A stretch of 32,000 bases of DNA. Source: Candidatus Saccharimonadota bacterium (GTDB lineage Archaea; Micrarchaeota; Micrarchaeia; Micrarchaeales; Micrarchaeaceae). The position numbers were made by a program, and so were the translations under genes. A model generated the notes under the pieces. The model worked only from the letters and a program-made list of their open reading frames with translations. It did not search any database and had not been told where the DNA came from. The stretch is taken from positions 1-32,000 of the forward strand of contig OY970071.1 of the NCBI GenBank assembly GCA_963705375.1, read 5' to 3'. Shown in pieces: positions 12,753 through 20,027 of the stretch. The first letter of the stretch is position 1. Every line of letters starts with the position of its first letter.

Positions 12753-13631
12753 ATGAGTTCTGATAAGTCAATCGACAAAAAGGCAGCGTCGACCTCAAGC
12801 GCATATACCAATCCTGTTGTTGTGCGGGAGAGCGAGTATATTTCGCTATCAAAAGCGCGTGTCATCACGGATATGCTGCCAGACGTACGCCTTGGTACCT
12901 TTACCGATGCCCTGCGCGTCATAGGGACTGACTACCGGCTTGACCGATTGCTTGATAACCGTGAAGACGTGCTTTGCGTCAGCGTAGAGCATCTTAAGAA
13001 AGGAACGTATGAGCGAAACCCTAAAACCGGAAAACTCATACAGGTTTCTGAAGAGCGCTTTAATGCTATTAGGCCTGAGCTCAGGGTGTTTGTTCAGGAC
13101 GGAGGCACTGGTTATCCCTTCATCTACTGGCAGGTTCCCCACGAGCTTGCCGAAAAACTCTTTGTTAAGAATATAGCCGAAAACCATCCCGATATTATTT
13201 CTGCTCTTGAAGAAAGGTTGAAAAACACCGCGATGTTGATGGGTGGCATTGGTCTGGAAGATGTTGGTGTGGTCTTGGAACTCATTAAGACTGAGAAAGG
13301 CCTGGATGCGTTGAAAAAGAAGTTTGAAAATGTGTGGATAGGTTATAACGAGCATTACGTCAGAATTGGCAATGATGCAAAGCCGAAGAACGAGGCGTCA
13401 TTATGCACTATGCGCTTTTGGGATTGCCTTCTTAGGAATATTCGGGAATTGTCTGTTGATGACGACGCCATCTCTCTTGAGACGGACCGACAAGCAGTGG
13501 ACCATGCTCATTTCGCATTCTGTGTCGGGTTGGGTAATGCAGAGTGGCGCGAAGAACTCCTAAATGGCCATTTCTTCTGGATGCGCAAGCATGACAAAAC
13601 CTGCGTCAAGCTTAGACAGGCGGATCAATAA
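12753..13631 (+). CDS. Hypothetical protein (orphan cluster gene A)
   Basis: The ORF track gives 12621-13631. ATG 12753 (MSSDKSIDKK) is preferred because the first 44 codons are low-quality intergenic-looking sequence. No family recognised. There is one weak Rx4H string (RQAVDH) near the C-terminus. Confidence 0.55.
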   Translation: MSSDKSIDKKAASTSSAYTNPVVVRESEYISLSKARVITDMLPDVRLGTFTDALRVIGTDYRLDRLLDNREDVLCVSVEHLKKGTYERNPKTGKLIQVSEERFNAIRPELRVFVQDGGTGYPFIYWQVPHELAEKLFVKNIAENHPDIISALEERLKNTAMLMGGIGLEDVGVVLELIKTEKGLDALKKKFENVWIGYNEHYVRIGNDAKPKNEASLCTMRFWDCLLRNIRELSVDDDAISLETDRQAVDHAHFAFCVGLGNAEWREELLNGHFFWMRKHDKTCVKLRQADQ

Positions 13632-13661
13632 GCGTTATGGCTACTTTGATGCGTGCAATAT

Positions 13662-13678
13662 GAAGTGCAGTGCACTTC
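13662..13678. promoter_or_regulatory. 17-nt palindrome gaagtgca-g-tgcacttc between cluster genes A and B
   Basis: Read directly. It lies 31 nt after the gene A stop and 94 nt before the gene B ATG. It is related in form to the palindrome at 15017-15032. It could be a terminator hairpin or an operator. Confidence 0.3.
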
Positions 13679-13771
13679 TCATTTCAGCAAAACTGCGCAA
13701 ACAAACTGTCAAAGATGTTAAGTATTAAGTATCTAGATAAAGTTCAATTATACTGAATCTAAAGTGGCAAA

Positions 13772-14260
13772 ATGGCAGAAACTTCGAGAAACCAAGCATT
13801 CGAAAGATCAGTAGGGGATCTCGGAAAAAAGGTAAGTGCGTATGTAAGCGACCTTGCAGGAGAACAGATTGACGTGTCCAATTATGTAAACAGCCTAGTT
13901 CACACGATAGCTGCACGCCATTATCGAATTGACATGAGAGTTATATCTGCCGATTATCTTGACGCTGCATTCCATGGTCATGCGGACTCAGAGTGCTATG
14001 ATATTGGAGAAGAGTTGATGGTTGAGATAGCGTTTAAGGCATTCGAGTTAGACCTAAACAGCGATATACAGCATCTCATAGACGCCAAGAATGTGATGGT
14101 CGAGCTACGCCTGCTTGAGCACGATCCTGCCAACGTGAAAAGGTTGCTGCGCAAGACGCTAAAGAATGACCTTGACACTGGAGATTTCGGGCACGAAGTG
14201 TATGTGTGGGCGACTTTTGGAGAAACCGGAGTCGACCTTAGAATGCTCAAACGTTCTTGA
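13772..14260 (+). CDS. Hypothetical protein (orphan cluster gene B, paralog of gene C)
   Basis: 162-aa ORF. The core YDIGEELMVEIAFKAFELDLN...HDPANV...DFGHE...FGETGV aligns with gene C. Confidence 0.65.
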   Translation: MAETSRNQAFERSVGDLGKKVSAYVSDLAGEQIDVSNYVNSLVHTIAARHYRIDMRVISADYLDAAFHGHADSECYDIGEELMVEIAFKAFELDLNSDIQHLIDAKNVMVELRLLEHDPANVKRLLRKTLKNDLDTGDFGHEVYVWATFGETGVDLRMLKRS

Positions 14261-14288
14261 TTTAAGTTCGTATAATATTTGTGATAAA

Positions 14289-14948
14289 ATGAAAGAAAGA
14301 TCAAAAGAACCGCAAGAGAATATGCAAATGCTTCAGGAGTATGTATGCGAGCTATGCAGAAAGGTAAATGAAGAGATGTGCAGAACGACAGGGCAGAAAA
14401 AGGACATAACAAGTGTCGTGAGAAGCATCATAAACACGGTAGAAACTGGCTCTTACAAAATGTACTGTGCTAATCAAGATGACGTTAGAACCATAGTATT
14501 TCACACACGTAAAGGGATGGAATGTTCTCCACCTAAAATATACATTATAAGTGATGCCTTAATGGAAGAGATAGTGTTCCGGGCTTTTGAATTAAACCTT
14601 AACAAAAAAGGTTATGAACGTATAGAAGAAGGCAAAAGAGTATTTGATGAATTTGAGTTAGGCAAACACAATCCTGATAGAGTGGGTGCGCTAGTGCTTG
14701 CGGCAATCAATAGAGACGCCTACAATAAAGATTATGAGCATGAGGCGCACATGAGAAAGGCCTTCGGTCTTGAAGGTGTATCTAATGCTGCACTCCGTGC
14801 ACAAATGAAATATCATGAAAGCGGTAATGACAAAGGCGAAAAAAGAGTTGAAGAGGAATTCCATTTGCCTGCGATGTTGAGAAAAGAGGAAAGCGAGGTA
14901 GCGACCGACAGATTCTGGAAACGTGCAGAGGCTGATTCTGGCCTTTAA
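14289..14948 (+). CDS. Hypothetical protein (orphan cluster gene C, paralog of gene B, with a longer C-terminal tail)
   Basis: ATG 14289 (MKERSKE) is chosen because the ORF-track start at 14166 overlaps gene B. The core YIISDALMEEIVFRAFELNLN...HNPDRV...DYEHE...FGLEGV matches gene B at 13 of 21 positions in the best block by eye. Confidence 0.65.
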   Translation: MKERSKEPQENMQMLQEYVCELCRKVNEEMCRTTGQKKDITSVVRSIINTVETGSYKMYCANQDDVRTIVFHTRKGMECSPPKIYIISDALMEEIVFRAFELNLNKKGYERIEEGKRVFDEFELGKHNPDRVGALVLAAINRDAYNKDYEHEAHMRKAFGLEGVSNAALRAQMKYHESGNDKGEKRVEEEFHLPAMLRKEESEVATDRFWKRAEADSGL

Positions 14949-15016
14949 TGTGTGCTGCTGACTTTCATGTGCCGTTGTCTCACGCCCTCTTAACCGTACA
15001 GCACGTGAATGTATTC

Positions 15017-15032
15017 GAAGCACATGTGCTTC
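15017..15032. promoter_or_regulatory. Perfect 16-nt palindrome gaagcacatgtgcttc between cluster genes C and D
   Basis: Read directly. It lies 69 nt after the gene C stop and 10 nt before the preferred gene D ATG. It shares the GAAG...CTTC arms with the palindrome at 13662-13678. Confidence 0.3.
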
Positions 15033-15041
15033 GTTGGTGTT

Positions 15042-15665
15042 ATGATGTTATCAATGCGAACGAATGACAAGAAGGAACATGACCTGGAAGACTCAGACAA
15101 AGATATTAGGGATTTGGTACGCGAAGCAACACTTGAGGAGCATACTAAAAAGTCAGGCCGGGAGATAAGGGGGTTGGTGTCTGGAGCGACTTCTCTTAAA
15201 GAATTATATCGTATCGTACTTGAAAATCTCAACTTTAGTTTTGAGGAAGTGGAATCCATCGCAAAGCAACCTGCGAATAAGAGTGCCGATGAAGCACTTG
15301 CATCTATAATGCGTGGCGTGATCTTTCTCAGGGAGCTCGGCCTTAATGGATGCATCATCGGCCTTACTTCCATACTCGATGACGATCGCTATACCACTGC
15401 AACGGTGACTGTTGATGTAATACGCTGGGTAGAGAAGAAGGTCCTAAAAGCGCACGACATTATTGACGAATGCGAACTTCCAAGGATTTCCCTGCGCTTC
15501 TTCGAGCAGAGGGACTTGAACGTGGAGGAAGAGCTCATAACTGCGATACCTTCAACATATGGGATACGCGATAAGGCATGCGCGCTCATACAAAAGGAAG
15601 TAGAAGGACTGGAATCTACGTTCATCGTGACCCGCTCGGATCAACAGAAAGACGACGGCGACTGA
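15042..15665 (+). CDS. Hypothetical protein (orphan cluster gene D)
   Basis: The ORF track gives 15009-15665. In-frame ATGs occur at 15009, 15024, 15042, 15045 and 15054. I chose the first ATG after the palindrome, so the start is uncertain. No family recognised. Confidence 0.5.
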   Translation: MMLSMRTNDKKEHDLEDSDKDIRDLVREATLEEHTKKSGREIRGLVSGATSLKELYRIVLENLNFSFEEVESIAKQPANKSADEALASIMRGVIFLRELGLNGCIIGLTSILDDDRYTTATVTVDVIRWVEKKVLKAHDIIDECELPRISLRFFEQRDLNVEEELITAIPSTYGIRDKACALIQKEVEGLESTFIVTRSDQQKDDGD

Positions 15666-15722
15666 TGCCTGTAAAGCGCCAGCTCACGCTAATGTTTGAT
15701 ACTCAGTGCGGCCAGCATGGCT

Positions 15723-15947
15723 TTACGCTGGCTTCTGCACTATGAAATAGCCTGCAGCCTTTTCCCTTGCGATTCTCTTCGCTACTCCCTTGTTTACAAG
15801 TGAGGTCAGCGCGTTTGCGACGAGACTCTTCGGCCTGTTGGACTTCTTCTGTATGTCATCTGCAGTCTTGAGCTGCGTGTCCTTTGTTGCTCCGAGCTCC
15901 TCCATAGCTTTAAGCACGAGTTGCTCAATCGGTGTTAGTTCTACCAT
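15723..15947 (-). CDS. Small winged-helix DNA-binding protein
   Basis: 74 aa. LTPIEQLVLKAMEELG...ADDIQKKSNRPKSLVANALTSLVNKGVAKRI...GYFIV has the helix-turn-helix plus wing pattern of MarR/TrmB-like wHTH domains. It begins 11 nt after the eL40 stop. Confidence 0.55.
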   Translation of the reverse strand: MVELTPIEQLVLKAMEELGATKDTQLKTADDIQKKSNRPKSLVANALTSLVNKGVAKRIAREKAAGYFIVQKPA

Positions 15948-15958
15948 TATATTACCTT

Positions 15959-16111
15959 CTATTTCTTGGCCTTCAGAGTCTTCCTCTTAGGTCTCAAGTA
16001 TCTGTAGCTACACTTCCTGCATTTCTCCGCGCCTGCCCTGTTCCTAGACTTGCACCTCTTGCATATCCAGATTTTGGACAACGCCGCGTCAGCAATAGGG
16101 AATTTTCCCAT
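15959..16111 (-). CDS. rpl40e: 50S ribosomal protein eL40 (L40e)
   Basis: It is absent from the ORF track because it is under 60 aa. My hand translation of the minus strand is MGKFPIADAALSKIWICKRCKSRNRAGAEKCRKCSYRYLRPKRKTLKAKK*. It has the CxxC...CxxC zinc ribbon and the basic tail typical of archaeal L40e, and is 50 aa. Confidence 0.85.
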   Translation of the reverse strand: MGKFPIADAALSKIWICKRCKSRNRAGAEKCRKCSYRYLRPKRKTLKAKK

Positions 16112-16161
16112 TTTTATACCTTATATTATATTCACAAATACAAACCGGGCCCAAAATAGTT

Positions 16162-16458
16162 TCATCTTCTTGAGCTAAGGTCTGATACTTCCTGGCTTGC
16201 TGCACTCTCCGGAGTGCGTTGGTTAAGTGCAGTTGCAGAAACTAGCACAACATCGCCAACGTTCTTCACATTCTTGAACAGCACGCTCTTCTGCGACAGC
16301 ATCCTTTTGACTTCTTCCCTGTCAGCAGTGCGCCATTCCTCCATAAGAATTCTTATGACCTCTCCCCTTTCGAGGTCTATTATCGCATCGCGAACTTCAC
16401 CGAGATACTGCCCGGCATCACTATATACGTCCATGCTGTAGAGGTCGGAGATCTTCAA
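16162..16458 (-). CDS. PRC-barrel domain protein
   Basis: 98 aa. ISDLYSMDVYSDAGQYLGEVRDAIIDLERGEVIRIL fits the PRC-barrel pattern (V...G..lG.V.D...D...G.v). Confidence 0.6.
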   Translation of the reverse strand: MKISDLYSMDVYSDAGQYLGEVRDAIIDLERGEVIRILMEEWRTADREEVKRMLSQKSVLFKNVKNVGDVVLVSATALNQRTPESAASQEVSDLSSRR

Positions 16459-16616
16459 ACAAACACCTGCCTATGGTATTCTATTATAAGCCTTAAATAT
16501 CTTGCGTATTTTTTGCTAATGTGCAATCCCCTTTCTCCTGATTACTGCAACATGGACTTTTCTTCAGATGTCACCTCGAGAAGTTATAAATATCCGAAAG
16601 ATGCAGCTATCGCCAA

Positions 16617-18158
16617 GTGGATGATAAAATGCCAAAAAGTACAAACGCTAGCGTGGTAAGTTCATTTGAGCTCGAGGAGCACAAAAGAGCTGTCATAGAC
16701 GGGCTCGTTTGCTCAGAAGCGCTGAAGACAAATGGCGACTTCTCATTAAAGAGCAAGAGGGAGTCTCCATATTTCCTGAACATAGGGGATGTCAATTCCG
16801 GTTCTGTTACTGCAACGCTTGCGAATGCGTATGCAAAGACAATTTCTGACATTATCGCCTCCCGCAAGGATGAATTCGCAGACGCGAGCATCGCCATCTA
16901 TGGCATACCTGAGAAGGGCGTTGCCCTGGCGCCGACAGTTGCGACTGCGCTGTGCCAGAATTTTGGCATAGACGCCAATTGGTTCTTTACAAGGAAAATG
17001 GAGAAGACATACGGCGAGGCTACTGGTCTGTCAAAGGCTGACATCGCAAAAAAGATGATCGTGGGCAAGGTGCCTGCTGCTAACAGCATAATAATCTTGC
17101 TGGATGACGTGCTTACCACTGCAGACACTAAATATGCTGCAGTAAAAGATCTCACTGAGCTCTTGGACAATCCACAGATAGTCGCGCTTGTGATTGCAGC
17201 TGACAGGCAGGAAGTAGGTATAGATGGCAGGAGTGCTTCAGAGGAATTTACCCGGACTACTGGCATACTCGTATATCCTTCTTTGAATGCGACTGAGATA
17301 CGCAGGTACCTGGGCTCAAAAGCTGATTACGAACAGCACGGTGTCCAGAGGGTGGCAAAATATCTGAGAGTCTATGGTACTCTGGAGGCGAGGGATGCCG
17401 TCATAGCTGACGGCCTTGAGAAAGATGGCAGGATAGTGCTTGAAGACAGGAGCGTGATACCTGCCTGCGACGTAACAGACATTCAGGATTTTGAGAATCT
17501 TGTTAAAGGCACTGCAGAAGTAGATGGCATAGGTGGCTATAAAGTCGGCTTCTCGCTTGCGCTGACATACGGCTTGCCTACAATTGTAGAAGTTGCAAGA
17601 CAGTACACGACTAAGCCTTTGATCTATGACCACCAGAAGGCCGGTACTGACGTGCCAGATACTGCCAGTACCTTCATGCGCACAGTCAAGAATTCAGGTG
17701 TCGACGCCGTAATACTATTCCCGCAATCGGGGCCAGAAACAGAAAGGGCTTGGATATACCGTGCTATCGACAACGACCTTAAAGTCATAGTCGGCGGAAT
17801 AATGACCCATCCTGCATACCTTGTGACCGAAGGCGGTTTTATTATGAACGATGCGGCATTTGAAATATACCGAATAGCGGCAAAAGCAGGAGTGAGCAAC
17901 TTTGTTGTCCCAGGAACCAAGCCAGACATAATAACGGCAGTGCGGGAACTTGTTGAAAAAGAGGGTGTGAATCCAACATGGTACGTGCCCGGCATGGCAC
18001 CACGAAGTCTAGGCGGTCAAGGTGGCGACTATGAAAAAGTCTCGGAAGCATTTGGTAATAATAATTGGAACGCAATAGTTGGCAGAGCAATATATACTGC
18101 TAAGGACGGCGACTACAAAGCCGCTGCGGAAGAGCAGGTGAAGCAACTCTTGAGATAG
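16617..18158 (+). CDS. Fused orotate phosphoribosyltransferase / orotidine-5'-phosphate decarboxylase-like protein (UMP-synthase-like PyrE-PyrF)
   Basis: The N-terminal half has NGDFSLKSKRESPYFLNIG, which matches the PyrE GxFxLKSGRxSPYFFN motif, and the PRPP loop IIILLDDVLTTADT. The C-terminal half has ACDV...GGYKVGFSL...LIYDHQKAGTDVPDT, resembling the OMPDC D...K...DxKxxD core. The start is GTG 16617 or ATG 16629. Confidence 0.75.
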   Translation: MDDKMPKSTNASVVSSFELEEHKRAVIDGLVCSEALKTNGDFSLKSKRESPYFLNIGDVNSGSVTATLANAYAKTISDIIASRKDEFADASIAIYGIPEKGVALAPTVATALCQNFGIDANWFFTRKMEKTYGEATGLSKADIAKKMIVGKVPAANSIIILLDDVLTTADTKYAAVKDLTELLDNPQIVALVIAADRQEVGIDGRSASEEFTRTTGILVYPSLNATEIRRYLGSKADYEQHGVQRVAKYLRVYGTLEARDAVIADGLEKDGRIVLEDRSVIPACDVTDIQDFENLVKGTAEVDGIGGYKVGFSLALTYGLPTIVEVARQYTTKPLIYDHQKAGTDVPDTASTFMRTVKNSGVDAVILFPQSGPETERAWIYRAIDNDLKVIVGGIMTHPAYLVTEGGFIMNDAAFEIYRIAAKAGVSNFVVPGTKPDIITAVRELVEKEGVNPTWYVPGMAPRSLGGQGGDYEKVSEAFGNNNWNAIVGRAIYTAKDGDYKAAAEEQVKQLLR

Positions 18159-18305
18159 AGAGGCCCTTTCATCAGCTCTGAAATCCGTAATCTGTGAATG
18201 CTGCTGGCTTCTTTACGTCGCTAGCTTAGAACACAGGGTTTCCGCGGTTGACTGAGCTCTGCGCTAAATATGGGTTTTTTCCGGATTCCTGTGAAGTTTC
18301 CATCC

Positions 18306-19511
18306 TCAGATTTTTACTATGACCAGTGCAAGGTCTATTATTGTCAGTATGATGAATATCAGTTCCATCGTCTGCTCTGTTCTCCATCTCATGAAGTCTG
18401 AAAGGAAGTTTCTCCTCTTCTCTATGGCTTCAAGGTCTGTCTCTATCAGGCCGTTCCAATTGTCAAGCCGGAACACGCTCTCGAACAAAGAGTAGAGTTT
18501 AGATAGGTACCATTCTCCGAAGCTAACGACCGTGTCGTCGACTCTTGAGATCATGTCGCGTGCATCGTCGTAGAATTCTCCAAGCATGACATTCGCCCTC
18601 TTCACCTTGCTTCCGTTCCACAAAATTTTTGATGCGCTCAGCTCGTTCATAACGTCATCAGTTTCCCTGAGTTTCTTCGCCGCTGTCTGGTGATAGTCTC
18701 TGGTCTCGAGAAGTTGCACATTTGCTATCTCCGCTATCAGTAATTCGTGCTCGTATGTGCTTGTCTTGTCGGCCAACACAGCGCTCTCCCAGCCAGCAAG
18801 AAATGCGTCTGTTTCATTGTATGATATCTTCTTGCTGAGCACTTCTGAGATGTAGCTGTCGTCAAGAAGCTCGTAATCCCTTTCGTCCACCATGAGCCCG
18901 GCAATGAGCTTTCCATACTTCTTCAGTATGGTTTGCTGGTCTCCCTGCATGTAGTAGAATCTGTATGTCTCAGAGTTTGGGTTGAGCTTTACTTTCTTGA
19001 TCTTCTCAAGGTTCTTCATGACCATCGTACGCGCTTTCTCTGTGGTGCGTACCACAAACTCCTTTACCTCTTTGTCGAAACTGAGCGTCTTTATTGTGTC
19101 GTCTTCTGCGCCGGAAAAAGCACACCTCATCCTTATTGAAAAACTTCCCAGCGTGTAGACAGAAACCTGCACCTTGAAGGTGTACTTTTTGTCCTTGAGC
19201 TGCAGCGCCTCTCCCTTCAGGTTGAATATCGATGGTATGTTGAATGTCGCTATCTCCTCTGGCGCGGGCTTTGTATCCTCATATTTTGAGAAGTCCTCAG
19301 GATTCTTAAGCAGGTCTTTGAGCTGCTCATCAGTGAATCGGGCTCCTGCGCTGTATATTGATAAGTATATCAGTTCGCCGTCCATGCAAATCCCTAGGTA
19401 TTTCTTGTCCAAGCATAAAAAGGTAGCCGTGCACGTTATTCTTTGCATCTGCTGCAAGTCTGACAGACTTGGTACACAAGCGTTAAAAGTCCGTTGTAGT
19501 CGAACATACAC
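18306..19511 (-). CDS. Hypothetical tail-anchored protein (single C-terminal TM helix)
   Basis: 401-aa ORF ending in MELIFIILTIIDLALVIVKI*. An alternative start is ATG 19448. It may be DUF155/RMD1-like, but that is a weak recollection. Confidence 0.55.
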   Translation of the reverse strand: MYVRLQRTFNACVPSLSDLQQMQRITCTATFLCLDKKYLGICMDGELIYLSIYSAGARFTDEQLKDLLKNPEDFSKYEDTKPAPEEIATFNIPSIFNLKGEALQLKDKKYTFKVQVSVYTLGSFSIRMRCAFSGAEDDTIKTLSFDKEVKEFVVRTTEKARTMVMKNLEKIKKVKLNPNSETYRFYYMQGDQQTILKKYGKLIAGLMVDERDYELLDDSYISEVLSKKISYNETDAFLAGWESAVLADKTSTYEHELLIAEIANVQLLETRDYHQTAAKKLRETDDVMNELSASKILWNGSKVKRANVMLGEFYDDARDMISRVDDTVVSFGEWYLSKLYSLFESVFRLDNWNGLIETDLEAIEKRRNFLSDFMRWRTEQTMELIFIILTIIDLALVIVKI

Positions 19512-19536
19512 TGCAAAAAGAATAGGGGGAGTGCGT

Positions 19537-19986
19537 ATGTTCCAAACAAATCAAGGCTCAGATGCTGAAAAAGAAAGGCAGGAAAGTGCGAATGCTGAGC
19601 ACGCCGACGTCTGCGATGTGCCTGTTGACGCTGCGCATTGCTATACTATTGAAAAAGTGCAGATAATCTCTGGTAGAGATATAACGGCAAACGCCACTCT
19701 CTGCCTGCGGTCCCCGGATGGACAAGACATTATAGGCGTATGCCACGGTGACAGTCCGCCCAGAGCAGTATGCAACGCTATCAAAGAGGCTGCCAGAATC
19801 ACAGAGGAGTTTCAGATCCAAATGATATCATACAGAGGCGAAGCGGATTACGGGACTGCACAGGTCTTGATAACTAGTGGGAAGGATACCTTCATCGGAG
19901 AAGGCATAAACCCTGACGTAAACTATGCAGTTGCGATGGCATGCGTAAGTGCGCTTAATAAGCTGATTTCTGCACACAAACTGTAA
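19537..19986 (+). CDS. Stand-alone LeuA-allosteric (isopropylmalate synthase regulatory) domain-like protein
   Basis: From ATG 19537 it is 149 aa. YTIEKVQIISGRDITANATLCLRSPDGQDIIGVCHGDSPPRAVCNAIKEAA...ISYRGEADYGTAQVLITSGKDTFIGEGINPDVNYAVAMACVSALNKL matches the pattern of the LeuA dimer/regulatory domain (G.GPVDA...Ai ; dA.a.V.v ; G.g.Di..AS..Ay..AlN). The ORF-track start at 19174 overlaps the divergent gene. Confidence 0.55.
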   Translation: MFQTNQGSDAEKERQESANAEHADVCDVPVDAAHCYTIEKVQIISGRDITANATLCLRSPDGQDIIGVCHGDSPPRAVCNAIKEAARITEEFQIQMISYRGEADYGTAQVLITSGKDTFIGEGINPDVNYAVAMACVSALNKLISAHKL

Positions 19987-20027
19987 CGATGACGTCTGTG
20001 CGCTTGTTGGGCTATTCTTTTCCTGAT

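Noticed and set aside
13440-13520. Rx4H string (RQAVDH) in orphan gene A as a possible HEPN nuclease motif
   Set aside because: A single six-residue pattern is expected by chance without the surrounding helical HEPN context, so it is not reported as a domain call.
12849-15373. Minus-strand ORFs 12849-13355, 13996-14412 and 14990-15373 inside the orphan cluster
   Set aside because: They are shorter than the plus-strand frames they overlap, with Ser/Phe-rich shadow-like composition. The paralogy between B and C supports the plus strand as coding.
16112-16140. AT-rich tract (aatataatataaggtataaaa) directly upstream of eL40 as its TATA box
   Set aside because: It is centred around -16 from the ATG, which is too close for the canonical -26/-27 spacing even for a leaderless mRNA. 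The gene may instead be co-transcribed with the PRC-barrel gene.
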